This document shows, piece after piece, positions 1-8,741 of a stretch of 64,000 bases of DNA. The notes beneath the pieces were generated by a model. It saw only the letters and a list, made by a program, of their open reading frames with translations. It did no database searches and was not told where the DNA came from. Source of the DNA: Chlamydiales bacterium (GTDB lineage: Bacteria; Chlamydiota; Chlamydiia; Chlamydiales; JAAKFR01); the NCBI GenBank assembly GCA_041395025.1, contig JAWLBH010000001.1:198410-262409 (forward strand). Reading direction: 5' to 3'. A program made the position numbers and the translations under genes. Each line of letters opens with the position of its first letter. Positions within the stretch are counted from its first letter, which is position 1.

Positions 1-1179
1 AATGTAAATGCCTTGTTCAAAAAGAGTGTCAAAATAACGACTAAAAGCTTGAGAATCGCATTTTTTGACATCTTCGATATCCTGTACAGATTTTTGTCCT
101 AAAAAGAGAGTAAAAAGAGAACCTACCTGATAGAGACAGCCGTTCATTGTTTTCATTGCTTCACAAATTGGATCTGTCAGCAAAGAAGTCATATTGGCAA
201 TTCTATCATAAAATCCAGGAGTTGCACAAATTTCAAGTGTCCGCAACCCAGCCTCCATAGCGACTGGATTCCCCGAAAGAGTTCCTGCTTGATAGACTGG
301 GCCAACAGGAGCAAGATAATCCATAATCTCACTTCTGCCTCCAAAAGCTGCTGCAGGAAATCCTCCTCCAATAATTTTCCCAAAACAAGTTAAATCAGGC
401 TTAATTTGATAAAGCTCTTGTGCTCCACCCAAAGCAACACGAAATCCTGTAATCACCTCATCAAAAATTAATACTGCCCCTACATCGTGCGTTTTCTCTC
501 TTAAGAATTCTAAATATCCATCCTTTGGTGGAACAACTCCCATATTTGCTGCAATGGGTTCAATGATCACAGCTGCAATCTGTTCACCATATTTAGAAAA
601 AGTTTCTTCAAGTACTTTAACATTATTGTAGGGTAGAGAAAGAGTATGTTTAACAACATCTGAAGGAATTCCTCTGACAGACGATGAGATAGTCGCTGCA
701 CTTGATCCAGCTTCAACAAGAAAAGGGTCAGCATGTCCATGATAATGGCCAGAAAATTTAATCAATAAATCTCTTTTAGTAAATCCACGAGCTAGCCTGA
801 CTGCACTCATTGTCGCTTCAGTTCCTGACGAGACAAAACGCACTTTTTCTACAGAAGGGACACATTGATTGACCATCTGAGCTAGTTTAGTTTCAACAGC
901 TGTACTGATTCCAAAAGAGCTTCCCCTCTCCACCTGTTGCTGAACTCCTTTGGTTACAAATGGATGGGCATGTCCATGAATCAAAGCTCCCCAAGAACAA
1001 CAAAAATCGATATAAGTATTGCCATCTACATCAGTGATCCTATCACCATTACCCGAATCAATAATCATAGGTTTTTGATTTAATCCAATAAAAGCACGAA
1101 CAGGTGAATTGACTCCAAAAGGTGTCACACGACAGGCATCACGATAGATTTGTTCACTTTTCAAACGTTGTTTGATCAA
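1..1179 (-). CDS. hemL: Glutamate-1-semialdehyde 2,1-aminomutase (C-terminal end runs off the window start)
   Basis: Absent from the ORF track because it is open to the window edge. My minus-strand translation reads LIKQRLKSEQIYRDACRVTPFGVNSPVRAF...FDEVITGFRVALGGAQ...KIIGGGFPAAAFGG...YQAGTLSGNPVAMEAG, which are typical HemL/class-III aminotransferase strings. Probable TTG start at 1179-1177, just after the stop of the upstream ORF. Confidence 0.9.
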   Translation of the reverse strand, partial: MIKQRLKSEQIYRDACRVTPFGVNSPVRAFIGLNQKPMIIDSGNGDRITDVDGNTYIDFCCSWGALIHGHAHPFVTKGVQQQVERGSSFGISTAVETKLAQMVNQCVPSVEKVRFVSSGTEATMSAVRLARGFTKRDLLIKFSGHYHGHADPFLVEAGSSAATISSSVRGIPSDVVKHTLSLPYNNVKVLEETFSKYGEQIAAVIIEPIAANMGVVPPKDGYLEFLREKTHDVGAVLIFDEVITGFRVALGGAQELYQIKPDLTCFGKIIGGGFPAAAFGGRSEIMDYLAPVGPVYQAGTLSGNPVAMEAGLRTLEICATPGFYDRIANMTSLLTDPICEAMKTMNGCLYQVGSLFTLFLGQKSVQDIEDVKKCDSQAFSRYFDTLFEQGIYI

Positions 1180-1181
1180 TT

Positions 1182-1676
1182 TTATATTTTTCTTGGATTA
1201 GGATAATGTTCTTGTTCAGGTAAAAGCTGATTCAATTGTTCAACAATCAAGGAAAACTGTAGAATTCCCTCTTGAGCTGAAATTTTTTTTCCTACCTGTT
1301 CCCATAATGTTAGTGAATCATGAAACAGGGAAGTTTCATCCTGAATTGTTAAATGATTTACTCTAAGTTCTTGATTAAGATAATATTCAAATGCAACAAT
1401 TTCTCCTCTTAAAAAACTGTCCAATGAATCTATTTCCACTATCGGATAGGGAATAGCAAGAGATTGATTCAATATTTCAATTAAACGATTCACTTCAAAA
1501 GCTCCCTTATTTGCAGTGATCTTTTGCATTTCTAACTGATTTATTAGATCTAAGCATTGCAATCTTGCTTCTTCGACTTTTTTGTTTTCAAGAAGATCTG
1601 ATTCTTTAGAAAGATTTAGAAATAAAAGAAGAGCTTGAATAGAATAGGCGACTTTTTCACAATTCAAAAAGCCCAT
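1182..1676 (-). CDS. Hypothetical protein, apparently co-transcribed with hemL
   Basis: 164-aa ORF whose stop lies 2 nt from the hemL start. Sequence looks helical. I recognise no motif. Confidence 0.5.
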   Translation of the reverse strand: MGFLNCEKVAYSIQALLLFLNLSKESDLLENKKVEEARLQCLDLINQLEMQKITANKGAFEVNRLIEILNQSLAIPYPIVEIDSLDSFLRGEIVAFEYYLNQELRVNHLTIQDETSLFHDSLTLWEQVGKKISAQEGILQFSLIVEQLNQLLPEQEHYPNPRKI

Positions 1677-1847
1677 AATTATTTCATCTCTTGAGTTTGA
1701 GATTTAAATATTTTATGACACGCAATTTTTAAGAAACATTTGAACATGAACCCTTTAAAAAGTGGAAACTAGACAATTAAAATGGAAAACCATCACAATT
1801 CTTAGGTTAGCTAAAGAACAGAAAACTAGCAATATTTATGGTGTTTC

Positions 1848-3587
1848 ATGATGAAATGTTTTTTGTTTCTTTTTTTTCTTTCCTTCTCTTCGCCATTTTT
1901 TGCGTACCATATTTCATTTGAAGGCGATTTACCAGAAGAAATTTTTACGACAATTTCCGCAGCTTCTCAGCTCAACAACGATTATAATCATCCTCCTCCT
2001 ACATTTTTTATTTTGAAAAAACAAGCAGAAAAAGATAAGAAAACACTTTTACAAGTCTTACATGCATTTGGTTATTATGATGGAGAGATTGAAATACACT
2101 ACTCTGGCCAATTTCCTAATACAACTGTGCATATCTTCTTCAATCTAGGTCAAGCCTATACATTTGACGCAATTACTATCTTAGATCAAGAGAAATTGGC
2201 TCTTTGTTTAGATACATCTACCTTCAAACTGAAAATTGGAGACCCAGCTCATTCCAATTCTGTTATTGAAACACAAGAAGAAATTTTAATGCAGATGCAT
2301 AGTTTTGGGTATCCTCTTGCCCTAGTTCATGATCGAAAAGTTCTTGTCGACCAAGAGAACAAGTCAGTCTCTGTGACTTATATTGTCCAATCTGGACCGC
2401 TTGCCTATTTTGGAAATCTTGAATTAAATGGTTTGAATAAAGTGAAACGAAGATACATTGATCGGAAAATTGCTTGGAAAACTGGCGAAATCTATAACCC
2501 AAAACTTGTCTCTTGTACAGATAACTTTTTAAAAGAATCAGGGCTTTTCTCTTTTGTAACAGTTCGATCTGCTGATTTTGTTGACGAAAATGGTTATCTA
2601 CCTATGTATATTCAGCTGCAAGAAAAAAACTATCGTCATATTGGTGCTGGAATTAGCTATAGTACCGACGAATCCATTGGATTAATGGCTCAGTGGGGTC
2701 ATGATAATTTTACTGGTTGGGGAGATACTCTTGCCTTAAATGGAGAGTATTCGGAAATCATCCAGAGAGCCACTTTGATTTATGCCATACCCGATATCTT
2801 TGGTAAAGATCACAACCTCCTTTATTCAGCTGAAGCAAGGCGTGAAAACACCCCTGGGTTTATTGAAAAAGAAATTAGTTTTTTAATCCGGTTTAATAAA
2901 CAAGTTAACCCTCTTTTCTTTTTAGATTATGCAGGTCGTTATGAAAGGTTACTGAGTACTAAGTCAGACAATAATTCAAACTATAACCTCTTAAGTTCTC
3001 CTATTCAATTGCGTTTTGATACTTCAAACAATTTGTTAAATCCTACAAGTGGCACAACAATTGCTTATTTTTTTACTCCTTATCAAGCGATTTTTAACTC
3101 GCATATTAATTTTTTAAGACAAGAACTTTTAGTGAACACCTATCAACCTCTTCTACAATCTGGCAAAATTCTGTTGGCAATTTCTTTACAAATCGGAGCA
3201 ATTTTAGGACAATCTCGATATGAAATTCCTGCACCAAAACGATTTTATGCTGGTTCTGCAACTAGTTTAAGGGGATATAAATATCTCTCAGTTTCTCCAT
3301 TAGAAGGCGATAAACCTATTGGAGGCTCTTCTTTGATGATTGGATCGATTGAACCACGATTTCAAGTTTGGGATAAAATTTATCTCGCGCCATTTTATGA
3401 TATCGGGAATGTTTATGCTTCCTCTCTTCCTCGTTTTGATAAAAAGGTGCTCACTTCAACTGGGATTGGAATACGTTATTTAACTTCTCTTGGCCCTTTT
3501 TGTGTTGATATTGGATTTCCTATAAATAAACGCAAAGGCATTGACAAAACATTTCAAATCTACGCAAGTTTAGGACAAAAATTTTGA
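1848..3587 (+). CDS. tamA: Omp85-family outer-membrane protein, TamA-like
   Basis: 579 aa with a signal-like N-terminus (MMKCFLFLFFLSFSSPFFA). POTRA-like middle region. C-terminal surface-antigen barrel strings (GSATSLRGYKY, GIGIRY) and a terminal Phe. A TamB-like gene starts 4 nt downstream. Confidence 0.75.
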   Translation: MMKCFLFLFFLSFSSPFFAYHISFEGDLPEEIFTTISAASQLNNDYNHPPPTFFILKKQAEKDKKTLLQVLHAFGYYDGEIEIHYSGQFPNTTVHIFFNLGQAYTFDAITILDQEKLALCLDTSTFKLKIGDPAHSNSVIETQEEILMQMHSFGYPLALVHDRKVLVDQENKSVSVTYIVQSGPLAYFGNLELNGLNKVKRRYIDRKIAWKTGEIYNPKLVSCTDNFLKESGLFSFVTVRSADFVDENGYLPMYIQLQEKNYRHIGAGISYSTDESIGLMAQWGHDNFTGWGDTLALNGEYSEIIQRATLIYAIPDIFGKDHNLLYSAEARRENTPGFIEKEISFLIRFNKQVNPLFFLDYAGRYERLLSTKSDNNSNYNLLSSPIQLRFDTSNNLLNPTSGTTIAYFFTPYQAIFNSHINFLRQELLVNTYQPLLQSGKILLAISLQIGAILGQSRYEIPAPKRFYAGSATSLRGYKYLSVSPLEGDKPIGGSSLMIGSIEPRFQVWDKIYLAPFYDIGNVYASSLPRFDKKVLTSTGIGIRYLTSLGPFCVDIGFPINKRKGIDKTFQIYASLGQKF

Positions 3588-3591
3588 GATT

Positions 3592-6219
3592 ATGAAAAAA
3601 ATCATTCAAAAGCTGTTCTTATTTTTCTTTCTAATAGTCATCCTGACTTTCTTACTTTTTCAAACTTCATTTGGAAAAGAGAAAATTCGAAAATGGATTG
3701 AAAAAAAAATGGAAGGAAGTCTTGTGATAGGCAAGATAGAAGGAATATTTCCTTTTTGGCTCCATATGCATGATGTCCAATATCAAAATGAAACGATCAA
3801 ACTCAACTCTACAACGATTGAGCTTTTGTTTTCTCCTATCTCTTTGCTTTTTGGTAAAATTTCAGTTCTAAAGCTCTATGTTGATCAAATGAATCTAGAT
3901 ACTTCAAAAAATATAGCTCCCACCTCTTTAAACCAACCATGTATACTGCTTCCAATTACCTTTCAATCAATTGAAATTCCCTCTCTTAACTTGAATGAAT
4001 TTAAAAATATTTCCCTTAAAGGAAGAGGAGAAATAAGTAAGAATATTGCTTTATATTTTACTGCTCATTATCAAGGTGGATTTTTTCAATTTAGAATAGA
4101 GAGAAAATCACAGGAAAAGATGATCGAAATCGATGGACGGTTTAAAAAGAATCGAGAAATAAACATCTATCTTTCTGGTGCTTATGAAGCTAACAAGAAG
4201 ATTTTGACGGGGAAAATCTCTGGCAATATGTATGCTTGGCAAGTAAAAACTTACTTATGTCTTTCTGAGTCTGATCTTAATCTTACAAATACTATAATTG
4301 AAAAAGATGATCTTCTTATCTCTGGTTCTTTGTCTTTCAATCTCAATACCCATTTTTTTGAAGGAGATGGATTTTTTTTAGAACAGGCTTATTCTACAAA
4401 AGGCGTGATGAATTGGAATAGAGGTGAAGTGAGTTTATCGGACTTTTTCCTTGAATATTTCGGAAATACTCTTCATAGCGATTTAGCCTACTCGTCAAAT
4501 ACAAATACTCTAACTGGTGCACTTGCTCTCGATTTAAAAAATTCTTTTCAAGACTCTATCCAAGGAGTTGTAAGTGGAAACTTATCAATTAAACCAGAAG
4601 AAAAGCTATTTACAATCTTAGGACGTGATATTACATGGAAAGATCTTACCTTTTCAGAAATGCATCTTGATGCAAAAGTTAGAGAAGAACAACTAAGCTT
4701 TTCATTACATCTTAAAGATTTCATCATGCTTGATCCTGCCTATGAGGTCTTTCCTACTACTCATCTTAATTTAAATGGAGAAGCCACAAAAAAACAATTG
4801 ACTCTGCAGGGTGAGGTTTTAGGGCTAGGTAGCGAGCCTTTTACCCTTTTGGCTGATCTACCTATTCATTTCTCTTTAATACCTTTTGATATCACTATAA
4901 ATCCTAACCATCCCTTTTCTATTTCTTTAAAAGGAAAAGGATCTATCGATCCTATTCTTGCATTTCTTGAAAATGGTTCTTTGATGGCTCATGGAGACAT
5001 TGATATGAACCTCGCTTTGCATGGTCATTGGAATGAACCACAAATCAAAGGAACTCTTCTCTACGAAAATGGACGTATTGAAAGTTTAGCTACAGGCGCA
5101 ATTTTTGAAAATATTCGCATGGAAGCTGTTGGGGAAAATCATTTGCTAAAAATCCAATCAATGACTGCTAGTGATTCAGAACAAGGCAAATTAGTAGGAT
5201 CTGGACAAATTGAATGGAATCCTGAGAAGAACTTCCCATTTAAATGGATCATTCAATTAGACAAATTTCACCTTCTGACAGTTGATCTCTTAACCATGTC
5301 TGCTAATGCAGATCTTAGCCTATCCGGAAATGTTAAAGAAATGTCTATTCAAGGGACAGCAAATATTGTTGAGGGAGAGCTGACTATTCCTAATAAAATG
5401 CCATTGCATATCCCCACTCTTGAAGTTACCTATATCAACCTTCTACCTACTGCGAAACCTGAAATCGAAACATCCCCTCCAATCATTCCAATCTCCCTGG
5501 ATCTTCAAATTCAAATTCCTAAACGATTTTATATTAATGGACGTGGCTTAAATTCCGAATGGTCAGGACATATTCATATACACGGTCTTCAAGATGCTCT
5601 AGAATACTTAGGGGAAATTAAACTCCTCCAAGGGCGTTTTTCTCTCATTGGGAAAACATTTGATTTAGTCGAAGGAAAAATTCTCATTCATGGCTTGGAT
5701 CCGAAAAATATTCTAGTCGATCTTAAAGGTGATCTTGATCTTTCTACGATCACTGCTTCGATTAATGTGAGTGGAAACCTTGATGCGACCCATCTTGTTT
5801 TTACTTCAAATCCTCCAATGGACACGAATCAAATTCTTTCACAAATTTTATTCAATCAAGGAATCAATGAATTAACTCCTTTTCAAGCTTGCCGCCTTGC
5901 TAGTATTCTTGTGCAGCTCTCAGGAAAGTATGCTGGTCCTACAATTTGGAATAATATTAAGGCAGGATTAGGAATCGATGTATTTGATATTACCAACTGT
6001 GATCTTAACTCAGCTGATCTAACTTTCCAATTTGGGAAATATATTTCTCAAGGCACGTTCGTTGGTGTAAGTAAAAGCTTATCTGGGGATTTCGACTCAG
6101 TCTTAATTCAAACGCGTCTATATCATGACTTCTATCTCCAAGCGAATTATGGAGGTTCATTGAATAGCTTAACTCCAAGTGGTGGCAAGATCATTTTCAA
6201 ATGGTATAAATCTTATTGA
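3592..6219 (+). CDS. tamB: TamB-like translocation and assembly module protein (DUF490-type C-terminus)
   Basis: 875 aa with a single N-terminal TM segment (LFLFFFLIVILTFLLF). Long beta-rich body. C-terminus GKYISQGTFVGVSKSL...FKWYKSY resembles the TamB family. Tightly coupled to the upstream Omp85 gene. Confidence 0.65.
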   Translation: MKKIIQKLFLFFFLIVILTFLLFQTSFGKEKIRKWIEKKMEGSLVIGKIEGIFPFWLHMHDVQYQNETIKLNSTTIELLFSPISLLFGKISVLKLYVDQMNLDTSKNIAPTSLNQPCILLPITFQSIEIPSLNLNEFKNISLKGRGEISKNIALYFTAHYQGGFFQFRIERKSQEKMIEIDGRFKKNREINIYLSGAYEANKKILTGKISGNMYAWQVKTYLCLSESDLNLTNTIIEKDDLLISGSLSFNLNTHFFEGDGFFLEQAYSTKGVMNWNRGEVSLSDFFLEYFGNTLHSDLAYSSNTNTLTGALALDLKNSFQDSIQGVVSGNLSIKPEEKLFTILGRDITWKDLTFSEMHLDAKVREEQLSFSLHLKDFIMLDPAYEVFPTTHLNLNGEATKKQLTLQGEVLGLGSEPFTLLADLPIHFSLIPFDITINPNHPFSISLKGKGSIDPILAFLENGSLMAHGDIDMNLALHGHWNEPQIKGTLLYENGRIESLATGAIFENIRMEAVGENHLLKIQSMTASDSEQGKLVGSGQIEWNPEKNFPFKWIIQLDKFHLLTVDLLTMSANADLSLSGNVKEMSIQGTANIVEGELTIPNKMPLHIPTLEVTYINLLPTAKPEIETSPPIIPISLDLQIQIPKRFYINGRGLNSEWSGHIHIHGLQDALEYLGEIKLLQGRFSLIGKTFDLVEGKILIHGLDPKNILVDLKGDLDLSTITASINVSGNLDATHLVFTSNPPMDTNQILSQILFNQGINELTPFQACRLASILVQLSGKYAGPTIWNNIKAGLGIDVFDITNCDLNSADLTFQFGKYISQGTFVGVSKSLSGDFDSVLIQTRLYHDFYLQANYGGSLNSLTPSGGKIIFKWYKSY

Positions 6220-6228
6220 GAAAAATGA

Positions 6229-6558
6229 TCATTCACTAAAAGCTGATGAGCGGTGATCTCCATGACACCTAGAGCATTTTTGAGAATTCGCCCCTCCTTT
6301 TCTAAACGATAGACAATGATTACGATCATAAAATCTTGAAATCGGATAAGGTGATGGATTGAAATAACGGTTCACAGGAAGAGTATAAGGATAGTCATTA
6401 ATGTTAATATAGCCGTAAAAATCTTGATGACTATCGGCCCAGCCTGGATTGTAATAGCGATCACGCAAACAAGGACGCCCACACCAATAAGCCTCTAAAG
6501 GAGAAATTGTCAATAAAGAAAGAAATAAACTAACCAATAGTATTTTCATACTACTCAT
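6229..6558 (-). CDS. Small secreted Tyr/Pro/Asn/Arg-rich protein with 5 Cys, unknown function
   Basis: 109 aa with a clear signal peptide (MSSMKILLVSLFLSLLTISPLEA). Mature part is rich in Y, P, N, R and has CxxxC and CxxC pairs. Followed by a long AT-rich spacer. Confidence 0.5.
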   Translation of the reverse strand: MSSMKILLVSLFLSLLTISPLEAYWCGRPCLRDRYYNPGWADSHQDFYGYININDYPYTLPVNRYFNPSPYPISRFYDRNHCLSFRKGGANSQKCSRCHGDHRSSAFSE

Positions 6559-6835
6559 TATAGTAGATTTTTAAAAACTTTAGTATAAATATTTAATTAT
6601 ATTAAAACTATTTATTTAAACTTTTTAAAATCAAATTCTTATGATTTTCATAGAAAAATGCATTCGATCCATCGATTTTCACCAATTTTTCCTTCTATCT
6701 AAAGAGGAACAAGTGATAAGTATATGATACTTAAAAGAAGATTACTAAATTTTAAATGAAGATTAGATATGCAATCCAAAAATCAGAATAATAGACTAGC
6801 AAGTTCTTAAAAGAGGAATCTGGAAGATATTTTGA

Positions 6836-8662
6836 TCAATTCGTTTGAGTTTTGCTTGGCTCAATCCAACGTCCATGTTCTTTGATTAATTCAATTAATC
6901 GGTCATCTGCTTCTGACATATCAATGTTTTTTTTTACACACTCTTTTCCAACATAAAGATCAATTTTTCCAGGACGGGATCCCACATACCCAAAATCTGC
7001 ATCTGCCATCTCGCCAGGCCCATTAACAATACAACCCATGATGGCAATTTTTACACCCACTAAATGTTGAGTATGACAACGAATACGAGAAGCTACCTCT
7101 TCAAGATCGAATAAAGTTCTTCCACAGCTAGGACATGAGATAAATTCTGCTTTTGAATGACGCATACGAGCGCCTTGTAAAATTGAAAAACTAAGAGAAC
7201 GGAGAGCATGTAAAGAGGCTGATCCAGTAAGACAGATTCCTTCACCAAGATGATCACACAAAAGCGATCCACATTCAGCTGAAGCTTGAATCACTAAGTC
7301 TTCTTGATTGCAGGGGTAATGAAATTTTAGAATTACAGGCATGTTGAGATGATGCAGAGTAAGCCAATCAAAAAAACAACGTGTATGATAAAGATAATCA
7401 GATGTTGGAGAAAAAAACAGTACATCTGGTTGATCCACTAAAATCTTCTCCCAATTCTTCTCCACTATATAGGGATTTCTGAGGATAGCAATTCCTGCTT
7501 CTTCAACTTTTTTAAGTTTAGGATGGTCAAAATCGACGATCAGCCCATCAACGCTTCTTAGAGTTTTTACAGGATGACCTAATTGGACTGTGCAACCAAT
7601 CTCTTGATAAAAACGACTCTCTTCTACCTCTTCTTCAGAAACAGTCAAAATGACTGATCCGTTAGGATGCAAAGGAGGAGGGATTTTAACCCGACCTAAT
7701 CGAGAAGGAGGAGAAAAAGATGTTAACTCATGGCTCTTATCTTTCACTAAAAGAGAATTTTCTCTTATCTCTGGAGAATAAAGAGAAATTTTTGCATGAG
7801 AAAATGCAATAATTCTCTTACAAGGATCTATTTCATGACAAGGACCTTCCGTTAAAGAGACACGAATTGTATCTCCAATTCCATCTAAAAGCAGTGAACC
7901 AATCCCTATGGCTGATTTAACACGACCATCTTCTCCTGCTCCTGCTTCAGTGACTCCTAAATGAATAGGATAATCCCATCCAAGTTCATCAAGCTTTTGC
8001 ACTAAAAGACGATATGCCTCAATCATCACTCGAGTATTGCTCGATTTCATCGAAAAAATAATATCATGAAAATCTAATTGGCGACAAATTCGTGTGAATT
8101 CAAAAGCTGACTCGACCATGCCTATGGGAGTATCTCCATACCGGTTCATAATGCGATCGGATAATGAACCATGATTCGTACCAATCCGTATCGCTTTTTT
8201 AAGACGTTTACATTTTTCAACAAGTGGAGAAAATTTTTCCTCAATTTTTTTAATCTCAGAAGCATAAGTCGATTCATCATATGTCATAATTTTAAAAGAG
8301 GCGCGTTTATCAACAAAATTGCCAGGATTGATACGTATTTTATCGACAAAATCTGCAACTAACAACGCAGCAGGAGGATAGAAATGAATATCTGCGACAA
8401 GAGGAACTGTGTATCCCTTTTGAATTAAGCCATTTTTGATGCTTTCACAAGCTAATGCCTCTTTTTTTCCCTGAACAGTGACACGTACAATTTCACAACC
8501 TACATCAACTAAAGAGAAAATTTGTTCAATCGTTGCCTGAACATCAGCTGTATCTGTGGTTGTCATAGACTGAATCTTAATTCGATTGGTCCCTCCAACC
8601 CCTTGATTCCCTACCATTACCTCTCGTGTTCTACGTCTTTTTTTTTGATAGAGCATGATCAT
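6836..8662 (-). CDS. ispG: 4-hydroxy-3-methylbut-2-enyl diphosphate synthase, long insert-containing form
   Basis: 608 aa. Contains GTNHGSLS, CPSCGRT and GCIVNGPGE motifs, separated by a ~250-aa insert as in the chlamydial/plant-type enzyme. Confidence 0.95.
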   Translation of the reverse strand: MIMLYQKKRRRTREVMVGNQGVGGTNRIKIQSMTTTDTADVQATIEQIFSLVDVGCEIVRVTVQGKKEALACESIKNGLIQKGYTVPLVADIHFYPPAALLVADFVDKIRINPGNFVDKRASFKIMTYDESTYASEIKKIEEKFSPLVEKCKRLKKAIRIGTNHGSLSDRIMNRYGDTPIGMVESAFEFTRICRQLDFHDIIFSMKSSNTRVMIEAYRLLVQKLDELGWDYPIHLGVTEAGAGEDGRVKSAIGIGSLLLDGIGDTIRVSLTEGPCHEIDPCKRIIAFSHAKISLYSPEIRENSLLVKDKSHELTSFSPPSRLGRVKIPPPLHPNGSVILTVSEEEVEESRFYQEIGCTVQLGHPVKTLRSVDGLIVDFDHPKLKKVEEAGIAILRNPYIVEKNWEKILVDQPDVLFFSPTSDYLYHTRCFFDWLTLHHLNMPVILKFHYPCNQEDLVIQASAECGSLLCDHLGEGICLTGSASLHALRSLSFSILQGARMRHSKAEFISCPSCGRTLFDLEEVASRIRCHTQHLVGVKIAIMGCIVNGPGEMADADFGYVGSRPGKIDLYVGKECVKKNIDMSEADDRLIELIKEHGRWIEPSKTQTN

Positions 8663-8741
8663 TAAAATTAAAAAAAATAATTGACTAAGTAGTAATAAAA
8701 AAAGGATAATAATGAAAAGTAGCTAGAAAAGCAAGAAACAA

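Noticed and set aside
189-383. 64-aa minus-strand track ORF inside the hemL region
   Set aside because: It lies out of frame within the clearly recognisable hemL coding sequence on the same strand, so it is a shadow ORF.
2263-2502. Antisense or alternate-frame short ORFs embedded in well-supported genes. This entry stands for all of them: 2263-2502, 8171-8362, 13381-13566, 13616-13861, 14671-14910, 16220-16528, 16287-16574, 17228-17440, 18235-18432, 18546-18764, 19073-19325, 20257-20490, 20966-21184, 21306-21515, 21442-21690, 22368-22574, 23251-23448, 24158-24346, 26762-26980, 29184-29417, 31214-31686, 35644-35871, 37291-37473, 38733-38951, 45038-45328, 48037-48685, 49546-49830, 50054-50296, 51217-51405, 54118-54435, 56052-56258, 57250-57432, 59460-60483.
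   Set aside because: Each overlaps a longer ORF that carries strong family motifs. Their translations are low-complexity products typical of AT-rich DNA, with no motifs. I treat them as chance ORFs.
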